IMG/VR virus record: IMGVR_UViG_3300032332_001516
Coordinates: 1-39,183 of that record
DNA: 39,183 bases
Reading direction: 5' to 3' (one strand)
Source: a virus
Lineage: Duplodnaviria > Caudoviricetes
The notes under the pieces were generated by a model, which saw only the letters and a list, made by a program, of their open reading frames with translations, ran no database searches and was not told where the DNA came from. The position numbers were made by a program, and so were the translations under genes. This document shows positions 6,335 through 15,721 of the stretch, piece by piece (the first letter of the stretch is position 1; each line of letters opens with the position of its first letter).

Positions 6335-7726
6335 TTATGGTGTTGGGTCAAGTATACTCCTGCCCGCTCCCCAGATTATTCTCACAGCACCGCCACCGCC
6401 ATTGCCGCCGCCTTGGGCATACCCGGTTCGATCCCAGGTGCCTACGCCGCCCGCGCCGCCACCGCCGTAGTCGCCACCGGTTCGGGTTGTGTTGGTTCCG
6501 TCGCGGCATATTCTTGGATAGTTGGTACCAACACCACCCGGTTGGGGGTAATTGCCAGGTGGTGATCCCTCACCACCATCACCTTTGGCGGAATAATAAT
6601 AACCGGCACTGGTTCCGCAGCCCACGCCCCCGGCGGGCAAATTGCCCAGGCTGATGTTCTCTAAGTTATATAAACTAGTACCACCCCCACCACCGGCCAT
6701 GGGCACTGGATAAGTAGTATCACCTGGGTCAGCAGTGGTATCAAAGCAGCCCCCACCACCGCCTGCGCCAGCAGAGTAGGTGTAGTCGTACCAATAGTTT
6801 GCACCACCACCTCGACTCCCGTCGCTACCGTTCTGCCCACCCCCGCCGCCAGCGTAGTAGCGTCCACTGGCGCCGCCGCCGCCTTGCAACCATACCACTG
6901 TCTTTGTTCCCCCGTCCGGTACTCTCAGAATCTGAGTCGCTCCATCCCTACCAGCCCCACCGCTGTTGCCCTGGGTGAGCCTGGTGCCGTATAGGGAATA
7001 AAATGGGTAATCTCCACGGTAATAGCTGCCGGGGTAACCGGTACAACCACCGCCTGCACCCAGCAAGGCATTGGCTGTAAAATAAAATGCTTGATTGTTG
7101 TAATTTTTAATGACTGGATAGACACGCACTAGTATATTACCGGCTAAATCCGCGCCAGGGCTCCCCATAGCCACAACGTGTGCATCATATTGTGTTCGTG
7201 TATTGCTGGAAAAGACTGTGCTACGAACCATGGTTGACACCACCACATTGCCCAGTAACCGATTGCCAGGACTGGTGGTGATATCAAAGAATAAATTACT
7301 ATAAGAAATATTATCCCCAGTTATTTGAGTGGGATAGAATGGTGTGTTGGCATTGTTGTCTGCTGGTGAATAGATGATACTGGCGCCGCCCATTTTTGCA
7401 GGGATAACATTACCAGTCCGGTCAAGATAATTGCCCCAGGCGCCGCCGGCACCAACTTGGATCTTGTAAGTGGCGCCGGGAGTAACAGGGATACTGTTGC
7501 TCCACGCTAGACCACCGCCCCAGCCGCCGCCGCCACCGGTCCAGGTGTCGGTGCCCGGCAATTGTAAAACACTTTCGCCACCACCGCCGCCACCAATGCA
7601 AACTGCACAAATATTAGTGACCCCGGTGGGACAGGTCCATGAGTATGTGCCCGGTGTGGTAAAAACTGCTTCCCCGCGATTGCCCGGTGGAACCAGAGCA
7701 AAATCATTGATTACAGATATGCTCAT
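6335..7726 (-). CDS. glycine-rich tail-fibre/adhesin-like protein
   Basis: Gly-rich domain from GEAVFTTPGTYSWTCPTGVTNICAVCIGGGGGG through IPVTPG to GGGAVRIIWG, with a non-Gly insert. Confidence 0.75.
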   Translation of the reverse strand: MSISVINDFALVPPGNRGEAVFTTPGTYSWTCPTGVTNICAVCIGGGGGGESVLQLPGTDTWTGGGGGWGGGLAWSNSIPVTPGATYKIQVGAGGAWGNYLDRTGNVIPAKMGGASIIYSPADNNANTPFYPTQITGDNISYSNLFFDITTSPGNRLLGNVVVSTMVRSTVFSSNTRTQYDAHVVAMGSPGADLAGNILVRVYPVIKNYNNQAFYFTANALLGAGGGCTGYPGSYYRGDYPFYSLYGTRLTQGNSGGAGRDGATQILRVPDGGTKTVVWLQGGGGASGRYYAGGGGGQNGSDGSRGGGANYWYDYTYSAGAGGGGGCFDTTADPGDTTYPVPMAGGGGGTSLYNLENISLGNLPAGGVGCGTSAGYYYSAKGDGGEGSPPGNYPQPGGVGTNYPRICRDGTNTTRTGGDYGGGGAGGVGTWDRTGYAQGGGNGGGGAVRIIWGAGRSILDPTP

Positions 7727-7727
7727 G

Positions 7728-9278
7728 TTATATCACAGTGTAGTACAAAGTGGTTTTGAGACCAGCTGCGCCCGATCCCGGAGCAATTATGTCAAATATT
7801 ATTTCGTCATCGCTGTTGATTCTCACAGTATTGGCAGTGGCATTGCCCAGCTGACCTCGATTACCAGTGATGTTTGCCAAGGTACTGACAGTGCCCTGAT
7901 CAATAGTCAGTCCCAAATTGGACTTGAATATGCTGGTTATGTTACCGTATATGTTACCTGTTGCTGGACTTACTCTGATGTCCAGCACCACATTGCCTGA
8001 TATGGATGCAACAGTCAGCGACGCCTTGGGTAGCTGTGTCAGGTACATACCAAACGGTGCTCTGAATCTTGTTTTGCCCAAGCCAACAGTGAGTGGTGTG
8101 GTTTCGTCGGACATGGCAACCACAAATACACTGCTGGCTGATCCGGTATAGCCACGCGGCCCAGATGCTGATCCAGTATATCCCCTCTCTGTACTGGCGC
8201 TACCGGTATATCCAGCACCAACACTGCCTGTGTATCCAGTTAGACCGATATCGCCTTGACTGCCCGAGTACCCTAGTTCTGTACTGGCTGAACCAACATA
8301 TCCTGCTCCTACACTGCCTGTATAACCGGTACCAAAACTACCAGTGTAGCCTTTGTCGCCCTGACTGCCGCGATAACCAACACCAATGCTGCCCGTGTAG
8401 CCCGGTATCTCGCTTGCTGAACCGGTATAGCCGCGACTACCAGCATACCCGGATCCAATGCTGCCGGTATAACCCGGTACTTCGCTAGCCGAACCCACAT
8501 AGCCTTTATCTCCACGACTACCGGCATACCCGGATCCAATACTGCCTGTGTAGCCCTGTGCTGTACTGGCTGATCCCACATAGCCACGATCGCCTTGACT
8601 GCCACGATAGCCAACACCAATACTACCTGTATAGCCTGGTGCTGTGCTGGCTGACCCCACATAGCCGGTGTCTCCGCGACTGCCGGTATAACCAATAACT
8701 GAGCTGCCTGTGTAGCCTAAATTTCCTTGACTACCGGCATAGCCTTTGTCGCCCTGACTGCCACGATAGCCAACACCAATACTGCCAGTATAGCCTTGTA
8801 CTGTACTGGCTGAACCTGCATAACCACGATCGCCTTGGCTGCCATTGTATCCACGACTACCAGTGAATCCAATACTGCCGGTGTAGCCCTGTACAGTGCT
8901 AGCTGATCCAGTATAGCCCTGACTGCCACGATAGCCCACACCAATACTGCCGGTATAGCCCTGTACAGTGCTGGCTGATCCTGCATATCCCCGGTCACCT
9001 TGGCTGCCACGATAGCCCACACCAATACTGCCAGTATAACCTTGCGCAGTACTGGCACTACCAGTGTATCCCTTGTCACCCTGACTGCCACGGTAACCTA
9101 CACTGCCGGTATAGCCTGGTATAGTGCTGACACTACCAGTATATCCCTTTTCGCCTTGGCTGCCGCGATATCCCACACTGCCGCTGTAGCCATCAAGAGT
9201 CACTGGCGGAATTGGTGGTGCCGCAGCCGGTGTTATTGCTGGTGCCATCGAACTGGTATAAATTTTATTTTGTGTCAT
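7728..9278 (-). CDS. GYxGS-repeat fibre-like protein with C-terminal beta domain
   Basis: Dozens of GY(T/R/A/V)GS units; C-terminus VAMSDETTPLTVG...RAPFGM...GAAGLKTTLY; TAAATA at 9296-9301. Confidence 0.75.
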   Translation of the reverse strand: MTQNKIYTSSMAPAITPAAAPPIPPVTLDGYSGSVGYRGSQGEKGYTGSVSTIPGYTGSVGYRGSQGDKGYTGSASTAQGYTGSIGVGYRGSQGDRGYAGSASTVQGYTGSIGVGYRGSQGYTGSASTVQGYTGSIGFTGSRGYNGSQGDRGYAGSASTVQGYTGSIGVGYRGSQGDKGYAGSQGNLGYTGSSVIGYTGSRGDTGYVGSASTAPGYTGSIGVGYRGSQGDRGYVGSASTAQGYTGSIGSGYAGSRGDKGYVGSASEVPGYTGSIGSGYAGSRGYTGSASEIPGYTGSIGVGYRGSQGDKGYTGSFGTGYTGSVGAGYVGSASTELGYSGSQGDIGLTGYTGSVGAGYTGSASTERGYTGSASGPRGYTGSASSVFVVAMSDETTPLTVGLGKTRFRAPFGMYLTQLPKASLTVASISGNVVLDIRVSPATGNIYGNITSIFKSNLGLTIDQGTVSTLANITGNRGQLGNATANTVRINSDDEIIFDIIAPGSGAAGLKTTLYYTVI

Positions 9279-9316
9279 AGACTAAGGCCTTTTTGTATTT
9301 AGCCAGAGGCCGGCAC

Positions 9317-11521
9317 CTAGGATCCAGCATTGTTGGGGAACGAGACCCCGGTGCCCCATATTATTCTCACCGCTCCGGCACCGCCGTTCATGGTGTTGCC
9401 CCTAGTCCACCCCAATCCATTACCAGCACCAGCACCACTGCCAGCACCGCCACCGTATGTACCGCCAGCGCCGCCCGCATTGCCACCTACAAAATTTACA
9501 GAGCCATCGCCGCCATTGGTGCCGCCTGAACCGCCACCACCACCAAGTGCTGGTGTGGTTTGGAAATTGTCAAAGCCAACGCCGCCTGCACCACTAGTAC
9601 CTTTTCCAAGTATGCCTACACCGCCACCACCTGCGCCCGACGGAGTGCCGTTGCCGTTGCCGTAGGTTCTAGAGTTGGCAGCGCCACCGCCACCGCCACC
9701 GCCTGCGCCGGGAGACCCAGCACAAAGAGCATATAAACTACCGGTACCTCCGTTGCCGCCTGCACCAGTGTAACCACCTGCACCTCCGCCACCTCCGCCC
9801 ATGGCGTCAAAGTAATTGCCACCAGTACCACCTAGCCCACCGCCTCTAGTGCCATATATGGATGCGACTGTGTACGAACCACCTGCGCCACCACCACCAC
9901 CATTGGAATTTTTATTGCCTATAGCACCACCACCTGCCCGCACTGTAGTAGAATTGATAAAATAACTATCTCCTCCTGCAGTTGGGAGGGTGTTGAGATT
10001 ATCACCTGTATCGTTATTAGAAGTTGCGCTGGCACCGGCTGCACCAACAACCACTGTGTATGTGTCTCCGGGTGTAACTGGAATATCGTTGACCCATGCT
10101 AGCGCACCACCACCTCCACCCCCACCGTCTCGGTAAGATCCAGCGCCGCCGCCAACGGCCAAGACCGAGACTGATGTGACTCCAGCTGGACAGGTCCAAG
10201 TGGCATTGGCAGTGTACACCGCCTCGTTTACTGTCAATACCGGTATCGCAGGCATTGTGGTGACATGTGTGCGGGGCCATATCTGTCCTCGAGTGGGCCT
10301 GAGACCATAATTGTTCTTGGGAAATCTGTTCCGGGCAGTTAGTATTTTATAAAAAGAGTCGCCCACCATTGGTCCTAACCCAGTGACAGCGTCCCACTCC
10401 TGAGTGCCTGCGTATCCACTGGTTAGCACATTGTTGTTGGTTCCCACTATTATGTCATAAAACGCACTGGGGTTAGAGTAGAACAGGCGGTTATATTCGT
10501 CGCTGGATCTTTGTTTGCCAGTTAGTGCCTGAAATCTTGCCAATATTCCGGCCATGACCGGGGCAGATGCACTAGTGCCGCCTACACCAGCACCGTTGCC
10601 GTTATAGTATAGGACATACCCATTCATGGGCGCAGAAATATCCGGAATCCCGCGCATGGTCAGCGCAGTTGGAGTACCAGTCACATTGTTGGTGATAGGA
10701 GTATAAAACAATCCTGTCTGCCACGTGGGAGCCGAGAATACCGAACTCACGCCACCACCACCACCCCAGGTGTTACCAAATGAGGGATCTTGATTATCAT
10801 CAGACTCCGATAGTCTGGTGTTGTTGGTGTTCAAAACTAATTTGGTTCCGCCCACACTGATCACCTTGGGACTGCCCGACGGATACCCTATATCTACAGT
10901 AGTATCGCCAGGAGTGGGAGTTGCACCACTGTCACCTGAGGCGCAGCAAATAGCTACCTTGGCCGCGGCCGCTGTGGCAAATATACTTTCATAGCTTGGA
11001 ACGGTGCTGCCAGCGTCTCCGGGTTCACCGTTCCACGCATAGCTGATGCTGAGAATGTGACACCCATCGGCTATGGCCCTGCTGATCAAACCATCAAAAC
11101 CTAATCCCAAGTATATGGTGATATCTGCTGCTGGAACTAAAGTGGCTATGCAGTAGATATCAAGAGTATTTTCCATATTGGCATTGTACGGATCGTCTGT
11201 GAACAATCCCGAGACTCCGTCTAATAAGACTTTTTTAATAGTAGGAGCCGGGGTTCCGGAAGCTATAAGACCGGCACCAGTTAAATCAACGAAACATTTG
11301 TTGAGGTCACTTTGCAAAAAGCCACCACCCAGGGGTGCAATGATACCAATTTTGACACCAGCGCCGGTACTGGCAGGAATACCGTACGCAGTGGCAATTT
11401 GTGGCGGTGTAAGATAGCCGGGATAAGGCAACAGGCCCTGTGGTGTCAGCGAATCAGCTACAGGTAGTTCGTGTTGAATTAACTGTGCAGACCCAATACC
11501 GTATGGATTCGCGTCTGACAT
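9317..11521 (-). CDS. S53 (sedolisin-like) serine protease fused to a Gly-rich fibre-like domain
   Basis: ENTLD (catalytic Glu/Asp), SISY, ASGDSG (oxyanion Asp), GGTSASAP (Ser), DIIVGTN...WDAVTGLG Ca-site; C-terminal WTCPAGVTSVSVLAVGGG...GAVRIIWG. Confidence 0.85.
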   Translation of the reverse strand: MSDANPYGIGSAQLIQHELPVADSLTPQGLLPYPGYLTPPQIATAYGIPASTGAGVKIGIIAPLGGGFLQSDLNKCFVDLTGAGLIASGTPAPTIKKVLLDGVSGLFTDDPYNANMENTLDIYCIATLVPAADITIYLGLGFDGLISRAIADGCHILSISYAWNGEPGDAGSTVPSYESIFATAAAAKVAICCASGDSGATPTPGDTTVDIGYPSGSPKVISVGGTKLVLNTNNTRLSESDDNQDPSFGNTWGGGGGVSSVFSAPTWQTGLFYTPITNNVTGTPTALTMRGIPDISAPMNGYVLYYNGNGAGVGGTSASAPVMAGILARFQALTGKQRSSDEYNRLFYSNPSAFYDIIVGTNNNVLTSGYAGTQEWDAVTGLGPMVGDSFYKILTARNRFPKNNYGLRPTRGQIWPRTHVTTMPAIPVLTVNEAVYTANATWTCPAGVTSVSVLAVGGGAGSYRDGGGGGGGALAWVNDIPVTPGDTYTVVVGAAGASATSNNDTGDNLNTLPTAGGDSYFINSTTVRAGGGAIGNKNSNGGGGGAGGSYTVASIYGTRGGGLGGTGGNYFDAMGGGGGGAGGYTGAGGNGGTGSLYALCAGSPGAGGGGGGGAANSRTYGNGNGTPSGAGGGGVGILGKGTSGAGGVGFDNFQTTPALGGGGGSGGTNGGDGSVNFVGGNAGGAGGTYGGGAGSGAGAGNGLGWTRGNTMNGGAGAVRIIWGTGVSFPNNAGS

Positions 11522-11522
11522 G

Positions 11523-12881
11523 TTAGGCTTCAGTTTGCAATAAAGTCAAAGTTACAGTTACGTTTGCACTAGATCCGGACTGATTGGTAACTGTTATTGG
11601 TATATTGGTAGTGGCTGGTGATTCATCATTGAAGCCGGCCACAGTTGGTGCAAATGACACAGTTTGGCTGCCGGTGGTTATAACTTCTGCAAGCACACCG
11701 GCATCCGATGAAGGATCCACTGTGGAACTTCTAGAGGTATCTGCTGATCTAGCGGCTGCATTTGAATATACTCTAACCCAAGCTGCTGTACTGGTTTGTA
11801 TTTTATACAGTGTATAACCTTTGAAACCAGTAATGTTCATTGCGGTTGGTACATCACTTGCCAGTGTAGCAGATGAACTCACTGTGGTCCTGGTATATGC
11901 ACCAGTAACTGTTGGCCCCGCCGAACCGGTGTAGCCAGTACCACCACTACCAGTATAACCATTGCTACCACGGCTACCAGCAAATCCAAAGCTGAACGAT
12001 CCAGTGTAGCCAGTGGCTCCCATGCCCGCAGACCCAGCATAGCCTCTACTGCCAGCAAATCCGGCACCACCACCCCCAGTGCCAGCACTGCCAGTATAAC
12101 CTACAGCACCGATGCTGCCAGTGTATCCGGAACCTGATCCAATGGTGTTTCCGTTCCAGTACAGTTGTATTCCATCGGGAGTAGACAGTATACCCTGCGC
12201 CGCGGCTGTTGGGAAAGTTGCTAAATTAACAGTAAAAGTATTGATATCAGCACCATAGACCTGTTCCCAACGCTGTGTGCTGCTACCTAAACTGAATTGA
12301 CTGTCGAGTGCAGGTATGATGCTTTGCGATACTGCTGACAAGTCTACATTGCCGCCACCACCACCAGCACTACCAGTATATCCTTGATTGCCCCGACTAC
12401 CAATAAAACCGATACCGGCGCTGCCAGTGTAACCACTTGCACCACTACCAGTATATCCTTGATTGCCCCGACTACCAATAAAACCGATACCGGCGCTGCC
12501 AGTGTAACCACTTGCACCACTACCAGTATATCCTTGATTACCCTGACTACCTGTATAACTGGTACCGGCGCCACCGGTACCAGCACTGCCAGTGTATCCT
12601 GTGTAGCCTCGGCTGCCCGCAAAACCAGGGGAAAGTTGCTGCATGCCGCGGCTTCCAGTATAGCCCTGCACAGTGCTAGCTGACCCGGTATAGCCCGATC
12701 CCGCACTGCCGGTATAGCCCAGTCTGGTGCTGGCTGAGCCGGTATAGCCCACGCTGCCAGTGTAACCCCTGCTGCCGTTGTAACCGGTATTGCTGCCTGC
12801 AAAACCAATTGGCGGTATAGCTGCGGTCTGCGCCGCTGCCATTGTGCTCATCGAGCTGTTATAAATTTTGTTTTGTGGCAT
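11523..12881 (-). CDS. GYxGS-repeat fibre-like protein
   Basis: Two GYTGS blocks separated by SIIPALDSQFSLGSSTQRW; C-terminal beta domain; ATAAGTA variant at 12903-12909. Confidence 0.75.
   Translation of the reverse strand: MPQNKIYNSSMSTMAAAQTAAIPPIGFAGSNTGYNGSRGYTGSVGYTGSASTRLGYTGSAGSGYTGSASTVQGYTGSRGMQQLSPGFAGSRGYTGYTGSAGTGGAGTSYTGSQGNQGYTGSGASGYTGSAGIGFIGSRGNQGYTGSGASGYTGSAGIGFIGSRGNQGYTGSAGGGGGNVDLSAVSQSIIPALDSQFSLGSSTQRWEQVYGADINTFTVNLATFPTAAAQGILSTPDGIQLYWNGNTIGSGSGYTGSIGAVGYTGSAGTGGGGAGFAGSRGYAGSAGMGATGYTGSFSFGFAGSRGSNGYTGSGGTGYTGSAGPTVTGAYTRTTVSSSATLASDVPTAMNITGFKGYTLYKIQTSTAAWVRVYSNAAARSADTSRSSTVDPSSDAGVLAEVITTGSQTVSFAPTVAGFNDESPATTNIPITVTNQSGSSANVTVTLTLLQTEA
12368..12539. repeat. 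75-bp tandem repeat (about 2.3 copies), in frame
   Basis: Units start at 12368, 12443 and 12518 and encode [25 protein letters not shown]. Confidence 0.85.
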
Positions 12882-12931
12882 GATATTAGTGTTTGTTAGA
12901 AATACTTATCGCTTTTCCCCAGAATAGAGTA

Positions 12932-14125
12932 TCATAGTGCAGCTATTCTTGACTGGAAGTCTGCAAAATCTGAACTGGCGGACACTGTTGATTTTAACAG
13001 TGCCAACGAAACATCACCTGTGGACCCAGTATAACCTATAGACCCATAATAACCAGGATTGCCGTAGCTACCGGTATATCCAAGATCTCCAGCTGAACCA
13101 ACATAGCCATCGTTGCCATTTGTACCAGCTGACCCGGTGTAGCCATTTGAGCCATTTGTGCCAGCTGAACCGACATAGCCATCGTTGCCATTGTTGCCAT
13201 TTGTGCCAGCTGATCCAGCTGAGCCAGTATAGCCATCGTTGCCATTTGTACCAGCTGATCCAGCTGAGCCAGTATAGCCATCGTTGCCATCGTTGCCAGC
13301 TGAACCAACATAGCCATCGTTGCCATTGTTGCCATTTGTGCCAGCTGAGCCAGTATAGCCATTGTTGCCAGCTGATCCAGCTGAGCCGACATAGCCATCG
13401 TTGCCATTTGCGCCAGCTGAGCCGACATAGCCATCGTTGCCATTTGCGCCAGCTGAGCCGACATAGCCATCGTTGCCATTTGTGCCAGCTGAGCCGACAT
13501 AGCCATCGTTGCCATTGTTGCCATTTGTGCCAGCTGACCCGGTGTAGCCATTTGTGCCAGCTGAACCAGCTGACCCGGTGTAGCCATTTGTGCCAGCTGA
13601 ACCAGCTGAGCCAGTATAACCCAGTAATCCACGACTGCCAGTATAGCCAATGGTTCCATTTGTGCCAGCTGAGCCAACATAGCCTAGTAATCCACTACTA
13701 CCAGTATAGCCATTTGTGCCAGCTGATCCAGTACCACTACTACCAGTATATCCATTGTTGCCATTGTTGCCAGCTGAGCCAACATAACCTAGTAATCCAC
13801 GACTGCCAGCATACCCAGCACCCGTTGAACCAGTATAACCAGCTATTCCGCGGCTGCCAACATACCCGGATCCAATTGAACCGGTGTAGCCACGTGGTCC
13901 GTCGCCACCAGTGGTTCCAAAATCGCCACGACTGCCAGTGTAACCGTGTATGCCACGACTACCAGCGTAACCAAGTTGTCCACGACTACCAGCGTAACCA
14001 AGTTGTCCACGACTACCGGTATATCCTCCGTTACTGCCAGCAAATCCCACTGGAGGTACCACGGCATTTTGCCGTACAGTTGGTTCAGATGACCCTGAAC
14101 TGGTGTAAAGTTTTGCTAAAGTCAT
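12932..14125 (-). CDS. collagen-like Gly-X-Y (GYxGSA/GTNGND) fibre protein
   Basis: Long, mostly uninterrupted G-X-Y run; short C-terminus VSLALLKSTVSASSDFADFQSRIAAL; ATAAATA at 14150-14156. Confidence 0.8.
   Translation of the reverse strand: MTLAKLYTSSGSSEPTVRQNAVVPPVGFAGSNGGYTGSRGQLGYAGSRGQLGYAGSRGIHGYTGSRGDFGTTGGDGPRGYTGSIGSGYVGSRGIAGYTGSTGAGYAGSRGLLGYVGSAGNNGNNGYTGSSGTGSAGTNGYTGSSGLLGYVGSAGTNGTIGYTGSRGLLGYTGSAGSAGTNGYTGSAGSAGTNGYTGSAGTNGNNGNDGYVGSAGTNGNDGYVGSAGANGNDGYVGSAGANGNDGYVGSAGSAGNNGYTGSAGTNGNNGNDGYVGSAGNDGNDGYTGSAGSAGTNGNDGYTGSAGSAGTNGNNGNDGYVGSAGTNGSNGYTGSAGTNGNDGYVGSAGDLGYTGSYGNPGYYGSIGYTGSTGDVSLALLKSTVSASSDFADFQSRIAAL
13377..13515. repeat. 36-bp tandem repeat (about 3.9 copies), in frame
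   Basis: Unit CCAGCTGAGCCGACATAGCCATCGTTGCCATTTG(C/T)G encodes G(A/T)NGNDGYVGSA. Confidence 0.85.
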
Positions 14126-14179
14126 GGTGAATCACCCCGTTGTTAGTCATATTTATGCCAACGTCGATGATTCATTAAA

Positions 14180-14199
14180 CTGGTACAGGTACGTACCAG
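14180..14199 (-). terminator. possible terminator hairpin after the nuclease gene
   Basis: CTGGTAC-N6-GTACCAG followed by TTTAAT on the - strand. Confidence 0.4.
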
Positions 14200-14206
14200 C
14201 TGGCGG

Positions 14207-15025
14207 CTATTCTTGTGCAGCAGCGCCGCATTTGGCTCGTTTGGCCCGAGTCAGCGCACCGTAGTCCACTGGCCATTCGGCACCAGGTGCAAGTTCGCGG
14301 GCATTTTGTGGAAAGGCAAATTTGACTCCACCTGCTTGCTCGATCTGGGCAATGGGCAAACGGAATCGGGTCAAGTCATTGCCCAAGTTCACATAGGGTT
14401 TGGTATGTGGGAACGCCCAGCCTGCAACCTCATTGGTTTGATTATTGATTACGATCTTGTAGAACCCGTGCGGAACAACAACACCTGCGCCGATTCTAGA
14501 ATCTTGCGCATCATAAACACCGCCTACATAGATGGTATAACTTTGATTGCGCTGTACTGCCCAACCACGTATGCTGGTTTCCAGCAGTTTCCAAATGCCA
14601 CGATTCAATGAGCCATGCTGTGGACTCATATTGGTCATCAAGAAACTTTCATATTCAACCTGCTGGTCCCAGCTCAAGTCGCCATCGGGACTCATGTGTC
14701 CTTTGTCGTATCCGGTGCCAGCATAGTCGTCTGGCCTAGGTCCGTTGGGTACGCTGGCGTCAGCAACAAAAGCATTGGTGCGCGGCCAGCAACCCAGTGC
14801 ATTTTGTGGCAATAATTCGTAGGTTACATACCGGGGTAATTTAGCAGCAGCATCGTATCCCACTAGATAGGCCTGACGACAAATTGGCTGTACACCTGCT
14901 GTCTGTGGGAAACCGTAAGGAGCATGTACCCGACATGTTTGCGGATCCTGCGGAGCCCGTTGTGTCCAGGCATCTGCGTCAAATGCCGCGACTGCCAGTG
15001 CTATCGAAATTAAAAACCGCTTCAT
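14207..15025 (-). CDS. exported DNA/RNA non-specific endonuclease (NucA/Serratia type)
   Basis: Signal peptide; GYDKGHM (DRGH motif), TNMSPQ, LNRGIWKLLE, VPHGFYKIV. Confidence 0.9.
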   Translation of the reverse strand: MKRFLISIALAVAAFDADAWTQRAPQDPQTCRVHAPYGFPQTAGVQPICRQAYLVGYDAAAKLPRYVTYELLPQNALGCWPRTNAFVADASVPNGPRPDDYAGTGYDKGHMSPDGDLSWDQQVEYESFLMTNMSPQHGSLNRGIWKLLETSIRGWAVQRNQSYTIYVGGVYDAQDSRIGAGVVVPHGFYKIVINNQTNEVAGWAFPHTKPYVNLGNDLTRFRLPIAQIEQAGGVKFAFPQNARELAPGAEWPVDYGALTRAKRAKCGAAAQE

Positions 15026-15064
15026 TGAATGCTCCTATAATGATATATTTATGGAGCATTCAAT
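15024..15064 (-). promoter_or_regulatory. RBS-sequestering hairpin enclosing a late promoter
   Basis: Perfect 12-bp arms ATTGAATGCTCC / GGAGCATTCAAT; the loop contains ATAAATA (15046-15052); the 3' arm holds the SD and the AT of the nuclease start codon. Confidence 0.75.
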
Positions 15065-15071
15065 TAAATCT

Positions 15072-15665
15072 CTACTTGCGTTTTTCAATAACCTTGTCAG
15101 CTAGGCCGTATGCAACTGCTTCCTCGGCACTCATAAAACGGTCACGATCCATGTCGGCTTCCAGTTCAGCATAGGTTTTGCCTGCTGTGTTGTGGTCACG
15201 ATAGATGCGAATCAGGTTCTTTTTAAGGAAAGTGATCTCTTTGTACTGGATTTCAATATCACTCTGCATGCCACGAGCACCACCTGACGGTTGATGTATC
15301 ATGTGTCTGGCATTGGGTAAGATATAGCGTTTGCCAGGAGCACCTGCCTGAGCCAGCAAACTGCCCATGCTGGCTGCTTGTCCCATAACAATAGTGCTGA
15401 CTCGCGGTTTGATATACTGCATGGTGTCGTAAATGCTCATGCCTGCTGTGACGCTGCCGCCGGGACTGCTGATATAGAACAGGATATCTGCATCAGGATT
15501 GTCGCTTTCTAGGAACAATAGCTGCGCTACCACCAGGCTGGCACTGTGATCGCTCACTTCAGTATCTAGCATGACAATGCGATCTTTAAGCAAGCGGCTA
15601 TAGAGATCATAACTGCGCTCGCCGGCACTGGTACGTTCCAGCACCATGGGTACTAAATTTGGCAT
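15072..15665 (-). CDS. clpP: ATP-dependent Clp protease proteolytic subunit
   Basis: [30 protein letters not shown] (Ser), MIHQPSGG (His), DRDRFM (Asp). Confidence 0.97.
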   Translation of the reverse strand: MPNLVPMVLERTSAGERSYDLYSRLLKDRIVMLDTEVSDHSASLVVAQLLFLESDNPDADILFYISSPGGSVTAGMSIYDTMQYIKPRVSTIVMGQAASMGSLLAQAGAPGKRYILPNARHMIHQPSGGARGMQSDIEIQYKEITFLKKNLIRIYRDHNTAGKTYAELEADMDRDRFMSAEEAVAYGLADKVIEKRK

Positions 15666-15692
15666 AGGTTCCTTTGTAGTTGATTACAGCTG

Positions 15693-15721
15693 ATTATAGA
15701 CTATTATAGACCTATTGTCAA
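15693..15721 (-). promoter_or_regulatory. sigma70-type promoter for clpP
   Basis: TTGACA (15716-15721), 17 bp, TATAAT (15693-15698). Confidence 0.85.

Noticed and set aside
7728-9278. Ice-nucleation protein
   Set aside because: GYxGS units lack the AGYGSTxT 8/16-residue periodicity.
6335-11521. Diversity-generating retroelement acting on the two Gly-rich domains
   Set aside because: Similarity is protein-level only; no near-identical template/variable pair with adenine-specific mismatches and no reverse transcriptase in the window.
13036-14130. Alternative-frame repeat ORFs (MATMAM..., CHLCQL...) here and in the other Gly-repeat genes
   Set aside because: Shadows of the G-X-Y codon repeats, which lack stops in other frames.
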